Shown: positions 19,961-30,880, counted from the stretch's first letter. The stretch: 64,000 nt of DNA from a virus (IMGVR_UViG_2852055501_000007:1-64000), one strand, 5' to 3'. The notes: generated by a model not told the origin, from the letters alone. Made by a program: numbers and translations.

Positions 19961-21164
19961 CCTGCTTTTCCTCTTTTTCCGGGCTGCTCTCAGGCTTTGT
20001 GGTCATGTTCATCGGTGTCAGCCAGATATCACCACCTTCACGCGGGTTGAGCTCTTCCAGTTCCCGGCATTCATTGGGTGAATAGATCCCCCAGTTAATA
20101 CCGGTGGCATAAGCATCAAACCGTGATTTCATATCTCCGCGTAACAATGCCCCTGCGTTGAATTTCGCGTAAAAAACACCCTGTTTTGATGGTTTCACCA
20201 GTCCGGCATTGATACGTTGTTCTATTCGGGTCAGATAAGGCACCAGAGAATAATTGATAAAACCAATCCCGAGATTCTCAATGTTATTGAAGGTAGCCCG
20301 ATCTGTGTTCTGAATCATATGCAGCGGCACACGGAAAATACGGCAGATTTCCTCCAGCTGGAATTTGCGGGTCTCAAGGAACTGTGCGTCTTCCGATGTC
20401 ATGCTGATTTGCTGCCATTTCAGGCCCATCTCAAGGATCATGGGTTTATGTGCATTAGCCAGTCCCTGATGCCGGTTTTCAAAGTCGGTTTTCAGCCGCT
20501 CCCAGGCATCGTCTTTCAGGTACTGGTCAGTTTGCAGGACACCGCTGGTTACCGCGCCGTTCCCGAACAGACGTGAGCCGTGCTCCTCCGTTGCCAGCCC
20601 CAGCCCGACCGCCTGTTTTGCATACGCTATCGGACTGAGTCCGGTTAATCCGTCCAGGGTGAAAATCCGCACATGCCAGATATCATCCTGTGTCAGCGTG
20701 TCGTGCCTTCCGTCCGGAAAAGTAACCTGATATTCAGGTTCCCACTTACTGTTCAGTTTTGGAGTAACTGAAGACGGATCCAGCGGCAGCAGCTCCACCA
20801 CCTCCCCCAGCGCTTTGACTTTGTAAGCATAAAAATTGCCGCGCAGACACAGGCAGGCGATCAGTAATTCCCAGAACTCCTGCGGTGTCATGTAATTATT
20901 GGGGTTTACAGATAAAAGCCGGTTAAGCCGTTCACGGACAGCCCGGCGGTTGCCTGTCTCCAGCTGTTCATACAGAGAACACGGCAGCATGCCGACTGAC
21001 TCCGCCAGCACGCGAACACAGCTGAATACTGCGGTAAGCTGCATCGCCAGTTGCGGACTGACGCGACGGCCGGAATAGGTGTCATAGGTCAGACCGATCA
21101 TTTCGCTGAGCTCTGACGAACTCATACCCGTATCGGATTTTCTGAATAAACCGGGAAAGAACAT
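19944..21164 (-). CDS. Portal protein, HK97 family
   Basis: AVFSCVRVLAE, GLSPI, ICRIFRVP. Confidence 0.95.
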   Translation of the reverse strand: MFFPGLFRKSDTGMSSSELSEMIGLTYDTYSGRRVSPQLAMQLTAVFSCVRVLAESVGMLPCSLYEQLETGNRRAVRERLNRLLSVNPNNYMTPQEFWELLIACLCLRGNFYAYKVKALGEVVELLPLDPSSVTPKLNSKWEPEYQVTFPDGRHDTLTQDDIWHVRIFTLDGLTGLSPIAYAKQAVGLGLATEEHGSRLFGNGAVTSGVLQTDQYLKDDAWERLKTDFENRHQGLANAHKPMILEMGLKWQQISMTSEDAQFLETRKFQLEEICRIFRVPLHMIQNTDRATFNNIENLGIGFINYSLVPYLTRIEQRINAGLVKPSKQGVFYAKFNAGALLRGDMKSRFDAYATGINWGIYSPNECRELEELNPREGGDIWLTPMNMTTKPESSPEKEEKQDVDDD

Positions 21165-21343
21165 TATGATCCTCCGTTGTTATTCAGGCTTCCCGCTGAT
21201 CTTGATACCAGATATGACCAGAGCAGGCATAAACCGCCGGCAGTGATAAACCCGGCAGCAGGCATCAGCAGCCAGGCACCGAACGCCAGCAGACAGGCAC
21301 CCGCAACCCCCACCAGCAGGGCGGTAATAGTCAGTAATTTCAT
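21164..21343 (-). CDS. Small hydrophobic protein between terminase and portal
   Basis: 59-aa [27 protein letters not shown].. read from the sequence (below ORF-track cutoff). Confidence 0.7.
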   Translation of the reverse strand: MKLLTITALLVGVAGACLLAFGAWLLMPAAGFITAGGLCLLWSYLVSRSAGSLNNNGGS

Positions 21344-21352
21344 TGGATTTCC

Positions 21353-23083
21353 TCAGAGTGAGCGCAAGCCCCTGGAAGATAAAACATCGGACAAACTTTG
21401 TTCCTGTTCCCCGCCGTTCACCATCTGGCGTGATTTGGCCGTAAACAGGGCAAACGGCCCGTCAATTTTGTTTTCCGGTGTCGATTTGTTCGGGAAAATG
21501 TTGTCATTTCTGTCCGGTTTTACCGTCACGTTAGACATCATCCAGGACATTACCGGGTTGTGGTCATGGTGAAATTTGCCGGAATATACATCGGCCTGAA
21601 CGGTTTTCATCGATTCAGACAGGTTTTTCACCGTCTGCGCCACCTCCACCAGCGGAATACCTTCTTCCGCCAGGCGGCGGGAGAACTGAACGGCACTCCA
21701 CGGGTCAAAACCGAGTTCACGCAAGTCCTCACCCTCACACCATGCCAGAATGTCGGCTTTGATAATGTCATGGTCAACAACCTCACCGTCAGTCAGCTCA
21801 AGATAACCGGCAGCCCCCCACTTACGGTACAGTTCGGCAATATGCTTAGGTGCGGTGTCTATCCGGCCTTCCGGCAGCCAGAATTTGCACTTGATATGAG
21901 TCTGTCCGTGATTGTCTTCGTATACCTTAATCGCTGCGGTTACATCGATTTTATTCGACAGGTCAACACCGACCCAGACCGGATAGTTCTTCAGTTCATC
22001 ATCCGGCGCATTCTCCGGGCAGCAGTCCCATTTTCCTGAGTCCATCCAGATCGACTCCGCGTTAACCCACATATTGAGGTGTTTGGTCAGAAAGTTAGGC
22101 CGGGCGGCAATCTGCTCTTTGGCTTTTTTTGCCAGGCGACGCATATCATCAAAGCGTTTACAGACACCCAGCCCCGGATTAGCTTTTATCCAGATGCTTT
22201 CATCAAACGGATCATCATCTTCATCCGGCGTGTAAATTGCCGCGAAAAAGGTGTCATCCTCCACCACGCCCCGCAGCACCTTGATGGCGTAATCCCGCAG
22301 TTCGTAGCAGATGCCCTCGCGGTTAAATCCCGCTGTGGTGATCGCAAACAGCAGGGATTGCAGACGGGCACCGGTCGCGGTTTCCAGCACATCCCACACA
22401 TCACGGGTTTTGTGGGCGTGAAGTTCGTCCACAATACCGCAGTGAATATTCAGGCCGTCGAGGTTATTTGCGTCGCTGGACAACGGCTCAAACTTGGATG
22501 CGGACCGCTCCTGGTAAATCGCCAGCTTATTAAACTCAAACAGGCGGCCGAGTGAGCTTTTGGCCTTTTTGATCATGTTTTTCGCATCTTCAAACACGAT
22601 ACGGGCCTGGTCACGGGTTGTGGCCGCCGAGTAAACCTCGGCACCACCTTCACCGTCAGCACCGGTCATGTACAGACCGATGCCTGATGAAAGTGTGGAT
22701 TTTGCGTTTTTACGCGCCACTTCGTTATAGGCTGTCCGGAAACGGCGAACCAGTACCGGATCGCCGTCATCGTCGTACTGAGCCTCACCGCTGAGCTCAT
22801 CAACCAGCGGGATCACGAAACCAAAGATATTAATCAGAATAAAGGTATGCCACGGCATCAGCTCAATCGGCTTACCTGCCAGCGCCCCTTTGACGTGCGG
22901 AACGAACCGGTAAAAATCCAGAATATGCCGGGCGCGTTCCTCCATGAAATAAATACCGCGCTCAGGGCCGTATTCCAGATCATCAAGAAACCGCTGACAC
23001 GCCAGGCGTATCAGTTCGCCCGTAACTATTTCTCCGGCAACCACCTGCTCGGCGTACCGGATCCCGTCTGCTACGGTTGCCAT
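21353..23083 (-). CDS. Terminase large subunit
   Basis: ARKNAKST Walker A, IVDELH Walker B, GVDLS nuclease motif. Confidence 0.96.
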   Translation of the reverse strand: MATVADGIRYAEQVVAGEIVTGELIRLACQRFLDDLEYGPERGIYFMEERARHILDFYRFVPHVKGALAGKPIELMPWHTFILINIFGFVIPLVDELSGEAQYDDDGDPVLVRRFRTAYNEVARKNAKSTLSSGIGLYMTGADGEGGAEVYSAATTRDQARIVFEDAKNMIKKAKSSLGRLFEFNKLAIYQERSASKFEPLSSDANNLDGLNIHCGIVDELHAHKTRDVWDVLETATGARLQSLLFAITTAGFNREGICYELRDYAIKVLRGVVEDDTFFAAIYTPDEDDDPFDESIWIKANPGLGVCKRFDDMRRLAKKAKEQIAARPNFLTKHLNMWVNAESIWMDSGKWDCCPENAPDDELKNYPVWVGVDLSNKIDVTAAIKVYEDNHGQTHIKCKFWLPEGRIDTAPKHIAELYRKWGAAGYLELTDGEVVDHDIIKADILAWCEGEDLRELGFDPWSAVQFSRRLAEEGIPLVEVAQTVKNLSESMKTVQADVYSGKFHHDHNPVMSWMMSNVTVKPDRNDNIFPNKSTPENKIDGPFALFTAKSRQMVNGGEQEQSLSDVLSSRGLRSL

Positions 23084-23086
23084 TCA

Positions 23087-23560
23087 TCATTTTCTTTGTT
23101 TCAGAAATGCCTCGAAAGGGTCTTCTTCGGCTGGTGTGTTAATCGTTACCTTCTGGCGGGCTGCCGGAGTGATACCAAACTCTGACATCATTTTGCAGAT
23201 ATTGTTAAATGCCCGGTCCCGCATAGCCACCTGCGGATGCGCCCGGATAATAATGTCACCCGTACTGGTCGTGGTCTGATAAGACTCCCCGACTTCAGCG
23301 ATCACATCACGGTGATGTCGCCACTCGATGTATGCGCCGATCATTAATTCCAGTGCCATCCCGTCAAGTCTGGTAATTACGCCGATATCATTAAGTTCTT
23401 CGGCCATCCGCCTGAACCAGTATTTTTCCTGTTTAGAAAAATGCTTCGGAGTTGGGGGTACCCCTGACGGTGGTTTTGGTTCTTTTTTATTGATCGGGCG
23501 TTTTGATGGGTTACCCCTGACCAAACGCAGATGTGTCGGGGTTCTTGGTGGTCCTGACAT
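23087..23560 (-). CDS. Terminase small subunit (P27 family)
   Basis: GNPSKRPIN, EFGITPAAR. Confidence 0.93.
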   Translation of the reverse strand: MSGPPRTPTHLRLVRGNPSKRPINKKEPKPPSGVPPTPKHFSKQEKYWFRRMAEELNDIGVITRLDGMALELMIGAYIEWRHHRDVIAEVGESYQTTTSTGDIIIRAHPQVAMRDRAFNNICKMMSEFGITPAARQKVTINTPAEEDPFEAFLKQRK

Positions 23561-23695
23561 AATAGATATCTCCTGTTAATACATGCTGGGGGAACCCCAA
23601 AAAAAGTTTTCTAACCTGCGGCGATGTGAAAAAAGGCAAGGCGGCGGTCCTCTGGCCGTGGGGCGGCAGGGATTTGACCTCCCCCTCCCCCTGAT

Positions 23696-23899
23696 CTATT
23701 CAAGGTGAATATCCGGAGCATCATCAACCACAGACGAATGCCAGAGAAAACTAACAGATATAGATGAATGCGGCGGCGCTGTTGTTTCTATCTTTATGTC
23801 GGTCTGGTGGGATAACATCTCACCATCAACACTGAGGCAATACCCGACAAACCTCCCGCCTTTAAACATTCTGGATAGCTTAACCTGCTTCTTTTTCAT
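23696..23899 (-). CDS. Hypothetical phage protein
   Basis: ORF MKKKQVKLSR.. overlapping the HNH stop. Confidence 0.55.
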   Translation of the reverse strand: MKKKQVKLSRMFKGGRFVGYCLSVDGEMLSHQTDIKIETTAPPHSSISVSFLWHSSVVDDAPDIHLE

Positions 23900-24246
23900 C
23901 GTGTTCTCTCCGTTGCGGTCTTCCGGTAGTGACATGGCCAGCACAGGCTTTGCAGATTGCTTTCCGCATCGGTTCCCCCATGTGCTTTGGGAGTGATGTG
24001 GTCGACTGTCTTCGCCTCGGTTACCCGTCCTTCACGCAGGCACTGCTGGCACAGATGCTTATCCCGGCTCAGAACCACCAGCCGCAGCCTGTCCCATTTG
24101 GTGCCGTAGCCACGTTCGTGTCGGCTCTTGCCCTGCTGATGGTTCTCCCACCCTGTATTGCGGTGTTCTTCGCAGTATCCGCTGCGGTCTGTGGTTGTCT
24201 TTGCGCAGCCTCGCTTGCGACAGGCGCGTGGTATACGTGGTGGCAT
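23896..24246 (-). CDS. Terminase-associated HNH endonuclease
   Basis: CQQC..VDHI..NLQSLCWPCH; start MPPRIP. Confidence 0.92.
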   Translation of the reverse strand: MPPRIPRACRKRGCAKTTTDRSGYCEEHRNTGWENHQQGKSRHERGYGTKWDRLRLVVLSRDKHLCQQCLREGRVTEAKTVDHITPKAHGGTDAESNLQSLCWPCHYRKTATERTR

Positions 24247-24290
24247 AGATTTCCCCAATAAAAAACCCGCCGGAGCGGGTAATGTATTTG

Positions 24291-24602
24291 TTACGGTCTT
24301 TGCCAGGTAGCTCTGTGTTTTTTGCATTCCCGCATTACGGTGCTGATACTTCTCCCCGGCGGAGATTCCATTGCTACAGTCTGCTGGAATGATCCTCTCT
24401 TTGGCGGATCAAGGTACTCAAATGTTAGCTCTCCGACTTTAGCCCACAGATAACACTCTATTCCGCCAACTGCTGACTTAATTTCCGCTGATACGATCGC
24501 TATTGTTACATTGCCACCGTGCTCCCCCATGATTTCATATTTCAAAAAATCATTGTCGCCATTGTCTATGTATATAGTTTTAAGCACATTATGCAGAATC
24601 AT
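24291..24602 (-). CDS. Hypothetical protein
   Basis: ORF with RBS before MILHNV; followed by a hairpin terminator. Confidence 0.5.
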   Translation of the reverse strand: MILHNVLKTIYIDNGDNDFLKYEIMGEHGGNVTIAIVSAEIKSAVGGIECYLWAKVGELTFEYLDPPKRGSFQQTVAMESPPGRSISTVMRECKKHRATWQRP

Positions 24603-25056
24603 ACAATTCCTCACCGTTGTGGCATGTACCCCGATACTACATGATGGCGGCAGACTTGCATAAACCTCTATCAACGCCACTCGTAAGCGACGTATGCGGA
24701 GTTTTATAAAATACAGGCAATAAATAGACCGCAGGGCGGTCTATTGAAGTGTTGCTGTATAATTATGTGGTTAGTCAGCAGGATAAATAATTTGCATATG
24801 CATCCCTGATTTGCCGAAAACCTGAATACAGCGAGCCTCGAAATCCTTATAATCAAGTGTTGTTGATTAGTACACGAAGCAGCCTGTATATTGAACATCG
24901 TAGTTAGAGTAAATATTCTTCTTCAATTGCCTTACCGCCCTGTTTTACAGGGCTTTTTTTTGATTTTTTAATCGCATTGAAATTACGGAAGTTCTGAGGG
25001 TATACTCAGTACGAAAATAACAATAACTACTTCTCTAATATTCCATATGCGCCCCT

Positions 25057-25362
25057 TTATTCTGGGGCTTTTTTTTGCCTCTCCGCTTCAATCTCCCGTA
25101 TTGCCCGTTTATCGTGATTGCAGTTGGCAATGTATTTCATAGCATCAGCCAGCAGCTCTACGGCACCACCGAACGTCAGATCATCCGGTATCTCTACCTG
25201 CTCACAATCAGCGGTCAGTTGCGGCGGAAGCGGCACCACTGGCGCGGGTATTAATTCCGGCCGCGTATCTGCGCAACTCACTGACAGCATCAGCGGGAAC
25301 AGGAGCAGCAGCGCATTCACTGTCTTTGAAAACAGTTTTGATAACAGTCTTAACTTTGACAT
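25057..25362 (-). CDS. Rz1-like o-spanin lipoprotein
   Basis: Lipobox LSVSC, Pro-rich linker, overlaps Rz; true start uncertain. Confidence 0.75.
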   Translation of the reverse strand: MSKLRLLSKLFSKTVNALLLLFPLMLSVSCADTRPELIPAPVVPLPPQLTADCEQVEIPDDLTFGGAVELLADAMKYIANCNHDKRAIREIEAERQKKAPE

Positions 25363-25585
25363 GCTCTGTGTCCTCGGCCCGTTTGGCTTTGATGTTGTCG
25401 AGTGCTACGCGGTGTCTGATGGCAACAGCTGAAAGCGTAATGGTGTTTATCGTCTGCTGTGCTGACAACTGTCCGGACAACGTTGTGTTATTCACCTTCA
25501 GTTGCTGGTTATCCCGGTAAATGTCATATACCCACCAGACAGCAGCAATAAACAGCGCGGCAATTACCGTTTCTTTCCGGTTCAT
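25208..25585 (-). CDS. Rz-like i-spanin
   Basis: N-terminal TM plus coiled coil in the lysis cassette. Confidence 0.8.
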   Translation of the reverse strand: MNRKETVIAALFIAAVWWVYDIYRDNQQLKVNNTTLSGQLSAQQTINTITLSAVAIRHRVALDNIKAKRAEDTEHVKVKTVIKTVFKDSECAAAPVPADAVSELRRYAAGINTRASGAASAATDR

Positions 25586-25722
25586 GGAGCTTCACACTCA
25601 TAATGGATCACACCGTCCAGCGGGTTACCCGGCAGTGGCTTACAGTGAGTATCGAGTGAATACAGATAACAGCCCGCCAGCAGGCAGGCCGTCAGAAGAA
25701 TGATAGCGATGATGATCAGCAT
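25582..25722 (-). CDS. Small putative lipoprotein between endolysin and Rz
   Basis: 46-aa MLIIIAIILLTACLLAGCYLYSLDTHC.., overlapping both neighbours. Confidence 0.55.
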   Translation of the reverse strand: MLIIIAIILLTACLLAGCYLYSLDTHCKPLPGNPLDGVIHYECEAP

Positions 25723-26198
25723 TATGGGGTTCCGTGACATATCGCTTTCTCCGTCTCGCGCCGGTTAATCAGACCCTGCCACCGCTTACCACCGGAAAAT
25801 GTCCAGCGCTTCATTTCGTCACACGCACCGGCGATATCACCGGCATTGAGCTTCCGCAGCATCGTCGAACGCGAGAACGCGCCGGGGCCGACATTGTAAA
25901 CAAATGAATAGATGGCAGCCCGGGTATTGTCATCAATCGGCACTTTGATCATAGGATCAACCGCGCGCCGGACTTTCGTCAGGTCGTCGTGCAACAAGGC
26001 CTTGCATTCAGCGTCCGTGTACAGCTTGCCGGGCTGAATATCACTGCCGGTATGGCCATAACATACGGTGAGCACTCCGGCCACATCACGATAAGGCGTA
26101 TACTCAACACCTTCATATACGGGGATCAGCACCAGCGCACCGGCAATTGCCCCGACAGTACAAGCAGCCATTACCTTTTTAACCAATCGCTTATTCAT
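25722..26198 (-). CDS. SAR-type endolysin (GH24 lysozyme)
   Basis: Ala/Gly-rich N-terminal TM then EG..Y.D..G..T.CYG. Confidence 0.92.
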   Translation of the reverse strand: MNKRLVKKVMAACTVGAIAGALVLIPVYEGVEYTPYRDVAGVLTVCYGHTGSDIQPGKLYTDAECKALLHDDLTKVRRAVDPMIKVPIDDNTRAAIYSFVYNVGPGAFSRSTMLRKLNAGDIAGACDEMKRWTFSGGKRWQGLINRRETEKAICHGTP

Positions 26199-26388
26199 GA
26201 TGTTCTCCGGCTTTCAGCTGGAATTCTTTCCGTTTGTAATACCAGTTCACCAGGAACGTTCCGACAGTACAGATGATCCCGGCAACAATAGCCCACTGGT
26301 CCAGAGATAAAACGCCAAAAGCAGAGGTTATAAGTCCCCAGGCGTATGCTGTAGGGCTGGAATATTTGTCAGACATGCGCATATCCAC
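26191..26388 (-). CDS. Holin (class II / HP1-like), several possible starts
   Basis: Two TM segments, basic C-terminus, upstream of endolysin. Confidence 0.85.
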   Translation of the reverse strand: MDMRMSDKYSSPTAYAWGLITSAFGVLSLDQWAIVAGIICTVGTFLVNWYYKRKEFQLKAGEHHE

Positions 26389-26863
26389 CCCCTGCGGAGT
26401 GTTCCGTATGTTGAGTGATAGGGAAATCCCGCAACCGGGTTATATGTTTTAAACAGGTTAAAGTGAGGCGGCTGCGGCATTATTCGGAATCCCACCAGAG
26501 GCGGGAAAGCAATAAGAAGAGCACTGTGACCGAATACGGATTAGGTAATGAGCCTGTCGTATTCCTATGCTCTTATTATTGCCATGAATAAAAAACCGCG
26601 TACAGCTCTTATGTTAAGTGATAATAAGGTAATTGATGCTGTGGCAATATAAACGAAAAAGGCCGCAAAAGGCGACCTTTGGAATTTAAATAAATATTAT
26701 ACAACCTTTCTTAATCTAAATGACGCACTACAATTGTAAACAATACATCTTAGTTATGTTGTTGGTATATACTTATTCTTTCCTCGGTTGCTGTTTGCGG
26801 TTTTTTTGTACACAACTAATGCTCTATCCGGTGATTCAACAGAATTGAATATGTGAGCTATCA

Positions 26864-27070
26864 TTATGGTTTTTTATCATCCTGACTCAGGCATAGCGAA
26901 CATAAAACAACAGGCCCTTTTGCTATAACAACAGCCTGTTGAATAGCTGCATGCTCTCCCCAGAAATATCCGACATACGCTGTACTTTTAGCCTGCTGTA
27001 ACTTTTGACATGTAATTTTATGTAAAACAAAACTACTATCACTCTCAGTCAACGTTAAATAATAATCCAT
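26864..27070 (-). CDS. Hypothetical small moron protein
   Basis: 68-aa ORF with RBS. Confidence 0.5.
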   Translation of the reverse strand: MDYYLTLTESDSSFVLHKITCQKLQQAKSTAYVGYFWGEHAAIQQAVVIAKGPVVLCSLCLSQDDKKP

Positions 27071-27238
27071 ATACCCCGCCTGTTATTCTTTATACTTATA
27101 AAAACAGGAATAACATATTAACAGGGATTTTAAAAATTAAAAAATCTACTGATTCCCTGTCATAAGAATCCAACCAGACAACTGATCCTGCCACACCATG
27201 GATCTGGTACATCTTTTTTTAAACAAAAAAACAGAATA

Positions 27239-27382
27239 TTATGCATTACAGTCCTCTTGTTTATTCAATTCAGCAAGCGCTAATTCTCTCATCCAATCTG
27301 AAAGCAGTGGTTTAGTTTTTACCGCATCCATGAGCGCTCTCTCTTTTTTGGTCAGGCGAACAACAATTACTTCTGTTTTCAT
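27239..27382 (-). CDS. Small protein, possibly ribbon-helix-helix
   Basis: 47-aa MKTEVIVVRLTKKERALMD..LSDWMRELAL read from the sequence. Confidence 0.45.
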   Translation of the reverse strand: MKTEVIVVRLTKKERALMDAVKTKPLLSDWMRELALAELNKQEDCNA

Positions 27383-27996
27383 ATTAGGCACAATAATTTC
27401 CCTCTGTTAAGAAATAATATTGGCACAAAACAAAAGCAGAGATGTCGACTTTACACGTATTTACATAATAAAAAGCCCCATCATAACTGATGAGGCTGAA
27501 AAGACTCTGGTGGAGCACCTAGTCTCCCCGTCTTCATCTTTTACTCTTTAAGTATAGCAGATAAAATCAATACGACCCCCAAAAAACAAGATAATCAAAT
27601 TTTAATTTAAAAATATAATGGCCGTTTTATGGATGGTGATGTTTTGTATCAATTTATTCCTGACATTTACATAACACAAGTAATCTGTGGATAGTTTTAC
27701 ACATACTTCAAATGTGATTTATGCAAAGTAAACAACCATCAACACAATGGCTAACACCAGCAAAGCAGAAACTGATAACCATTGAAATAAACGGAACACT
27801 GTATCAAATTGAAACGGGTTAAACATAGATACTCCTCTGGAACATAGTCCCGTGAGTGCCGCTCATTTCTCTGATTCACCGGTAAAGAAGATAACCTTAC
27901 GGTTGTAAAGTCAGCTCCCAGACTGAGCCAACGGCACGGTATTGACAACACTACTATACCACATCGTCTTGGCACGGATTTTTTATTTACCTGATA

Positions 27997-28431
27997 TTAC
28001 TCAGCTTCGCAGTTTACCTTTTTTCTTTTAAGAATTGGTTTTTCAGTATTAGCTACATAAAGAGCAAATACTAATATCAGAATTGTAATTGAATATACGA
28101 TTAATAATGATGGTTGTTTATGTTCGACTACTACCAGCCTGATAACCGCTGTTATTGCTATATATAAAAAATAATGCAGCGGAAAATGATAGTTTGATTG
28201 AAAGTACTTGATTATTAATGCAATAAATTCAAAATATAAAAAATATATAATTATCCCATCAACTAATGAATACAGCGACACCGGGTCATTTTTTTTAAAT
28301 AACAAAGCAGCAAGGATAATTGTTTCTTTTATCAAAAAAACAATCAATATAATTGCCAAAAGTAACAGTGCCGCACTGCTGATCCACTGAAGCAACCGAC
28401 TTATTAACTTTGATTGGCTCAACCCTGACAT
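27997..28431 (-). CDS. psiE: Phosphate-starvation-inducible membrane protein PsiE
   Basis: [28 protein letters not shown] signature. Confidence 0.9.
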   Translation of the reverse strand: MSGLSQSKLISRLLQWISSAALLLLAIILIVFLIKETIILAALLFKKNDPVSLYSLVDGIIIYFLYFEFIALIIKYFQSNYHFPLHYFLYIAITAVIRLVVVEHKQPSLLIVYSITILILVFALYVANTEKPILKRKKVNCEAE

Positions 28432-28699
28432 GATGGCTCCTGAGGTTTCCCTCTTCAATATCACATCTATTTTTTATAGAATACAAAAATAAAGAACCGA
28501 AGGTACGGAACTTGCTAAACGTCAGCTGATATGAAGTGTGTTTATACAGTTTACCACATTCTATTTCTTTAACTGTCTTACTTACACGTGATTACAATAA
28601 ATAATCAACTTCATCAACATGAGTATAAAAACCCGCAATACGAAGTTTTTGTTTATAAGCAATGTGATACAGAGATCATTCAATGACAATCTTTGTAAC

Positions 28700-29629
28700 T
28701 TATTTGTACAGAGAATTTTCTCCCGGAGGTCTGGTCTTAAACCTTCTGTGTGCCCACAAGTATTGGTCCGGAGCATGCATGATTTCTGCCTCAATAATCT
28801 GATTTAGTTTCTCAGCATCTGCCAGGTCATCTCCACACGGAAAATCAGCAATTTCTTTACCAATTATTAATTCATAAGGCCTCTTACCACTTTCATTATT
28901 TCTTATCATCGTTGCAGTAAGTATCGGCGACTTCGATAATTTGGCTATAGCTGCCACTCCTTTTGATGTAGAAGCATTAGCTACCGAAAAAAAAGGGGCG
29001 AAGATAGTACCTTTAGTTCCAAAGTCCTGATCCGGAGCAAACCAAATAGCCTGCCCGCGTTTTAGTTCCGATACCATAAACTTCAGATTCTTACGGTCGA
29101 TCATCCCGCTTCCGGAACGGCTTCGGCATCTTGTTTGTATATACTCCATTGCTTTATTGTTGTGGGGACGATACATAGCATTTACAGGAAAACACAGCCC
29201 CATAACTCTGCCCCCAAGTTCCAGCGACATGGAATGAATACCAATAATTAAAACACCATTATTTTTGTCATATACATCATTAAAGTTATCACAACCCGTT
29301 ACTCTAAATATTTCATTAATTTTTTTGTCATTCCAGAACCAGGCAATACCGGTTTCAAATAATGCAATCCCTAAAGATGACAGGTTGCTTGCAACCATAC
29401 TCTCTATCTGGATTTTATTTCTGTCAGGAAAACATAATTCTAAATTTTTTTTAATTATGGATACCCGCCTTTTCAGGAACAAACCAGAAAAACGACCTAA
29501 CTTATCGCCTAAAAACACAAGCCATGGATAAGGCATCTGAACCAAACAGAAAAGCAACAGGATACCAATCCAGGTTAAAATGTACCTTGGGTGAAGAAGC
29601 CTGATAGAAAATTTATTCAGAGAATACAT
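28700..29629 (-). CDS. Lipid A late acyltransferase (LpxL/LpxP family)
   Basis: LLHPRY, HSMSLE, WFAPDQD, PDQYLWAHRRFKTRP. Confidence 0.92.
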   Translation of the reverse strand: MYSLNKFSIRLLHPRYILTWIGILLLFCLVQMPYPWLVFLGDKLGRFSGLFLKRRVSIIKKNLELCFPDRNKIQIESMVASNLSSLGIALFETGIAWFWNDKKINEIFRVTGCDNFNDVYDKNNGVLIIGIHSMSLELGGRVMGLCFPVNAMYRPHNNKAMEYIQTRCRSRSGSGMIDRKNLKFMVSELKRGQAIWFAPDQDFGTKGTIFAPFFSVANASTSKGVAAIAKLSKSPILTATMIRNNESGKRPYELIIGKEIADFPCGDDLADAEKLNQIIEAEIMHAPDQYLWAHRRFKTRPPGENSLYK

Positions 29630-29854
29630 TTTTTCCTGATAAGGAATAATTACTGCATAATAAAAAGACCTGATAATATTATCAGGCCTTGGAATTTAGT
29701 TTTTCTATTGCCTGGACAACAGCATCACCGTTTTACAAAAAATGCATTTTGCACCATGCGGATTTGATGCAGAAACATCAAAGTGCGAAGTCCGGTATTG
29801 TGTTCCACTGCAACAGGGGCACTGAAAAAACAGTGCTATTATCATTGGTGCGCC

Positions 29855-30067
29855 TTAGAGACCCACCACATTTGATGCAGACGGACCTTTTGCCCCGTCT
29901 TCAATATTGAAGGTAACATTCTGACCTTCAAATAATGTTTTGAAGCTGTCACTCTGAATCGCAGAGAAGTGAACAAACACATCTTTGCTACCATCTGCCG
30001 GAGAGATGAAGCCAAAACCTTTCGATTCGTTAAACCATTTTACTGAACCAGTCATTGTATTAGACAT
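29855..30067 (-). CDS. Cold-shock protein, CspA family
   Basis: [22 protein letters not shown]; start MSNTMTG. Confidence 0.96.
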   Translation of the reverse strand: MSNTMTGSVKWFNESKGFGFISPADGSKDVFVHFSAIQSDSFKTLFEGQNVTFNIEDGAKGPSASNVVGL

Positions 30068-30220
30068 AGAATTTCCTTTAATTTTTTGATTGCCATAAGG
30101 CATATGAGGTTTGTTTTTTATTTTTACTTATGGGAATTAATTAGAAGGAATTCGCAATGAAGTGGTATCGGTGATAACGCTAAATGGTGAACGACTTTAA
30201 ACTGACTAGCATAAATAGGC

Positions 30221-30273
30221 CTGTACTTCCAAACCAGTGAGATCATTAAGCCACAGATGTTCACATATAGCAA
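30221..30273 (-). promoter_or_regulatory. cspA-type promoter and cold box with long 5' UTR
   Basis: TTGCTA-17-CTTAAT then ACTGGTTTGGAAGTACAG, closely matching the E. coli cspA promoter and leader start. Confidence 0.7.
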
Positions 30274-30442
30274 ATTATATTATTTTATCTCTCAAATGTT
30301 ACGTATCACCACACGTAAATCACAAATGATTTTAACAACTTATCTTATCTGTTTATCAACATAAAAAAACCCCGTAAAAACGGGGATTTCAGTTTATAAT
30401 CAATACGACACAGAAATAACTCTGATCACAATAGCGTATTTT

Positions 30443-30880
30443 TTACGATCGTAAAGTATTAATTTTTAAATCATGTAATTTGTTCATAAATGTCCGCATA
30501 CCTCCACGATGTGATGTACCGTCCATTTCCAGTTTTATATCTCCCATTATGAGCATTCCTTCCACCAGCCCTTCTGCCTTCTGGAGTTTTTTCCCTATGT
30601 GAGTGTCTGAGCACCCGTATTTCTTGGCCAACTGAATAAACGTCTTACCGAAAACATAGTAATCAAAAAGCAGATCATGCATATCGCTGTTGCGGATGTT
30701 TAGTTTTGCCATAATGCCGGATATCACCAGTGCATCATTATCAGTACATTGCTGACGACTCTTAACCTTTACGGGGATAAGCCCTTTAAACCCGGCGGCA
30801 ATTGATGACCAGGTTACAGATTCCGGGTTATCCGCAACCCATGCCCCCCAGCGTTCTAATATCATCTGAATATTGCTCAT
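30443..30880 (-). CDS. Late antiterminator Q
   Basis: [19 protein letters not shown]; position before the late region. Confidence 0.9.
   Translation of the reverse strand: MSNIQMILERWGAWVADNPESVTWSSIAAGFKGLIPVKVKSRQQCTDNDALVISGIMAKLNIRNSDMHDLLFDYYVFGKTFIQLAKKYGCSDTHIGKKLQKAEGLVEGMLIMGDIKLEMDGTSHRGGMRTFMNKLHDLKINTLRS

Noticed and set aside
23600-23695. Possible cos site between HNH and small terminase
   Set aside because: Position fits, but the cut site cannot be defined from sequence alone
26400-27990. tRNA genes, often found between Q and lysis genes
   Set aside because: No cloverleaf or T-loop GTTCGA pattern seen; hairpins look like terminators
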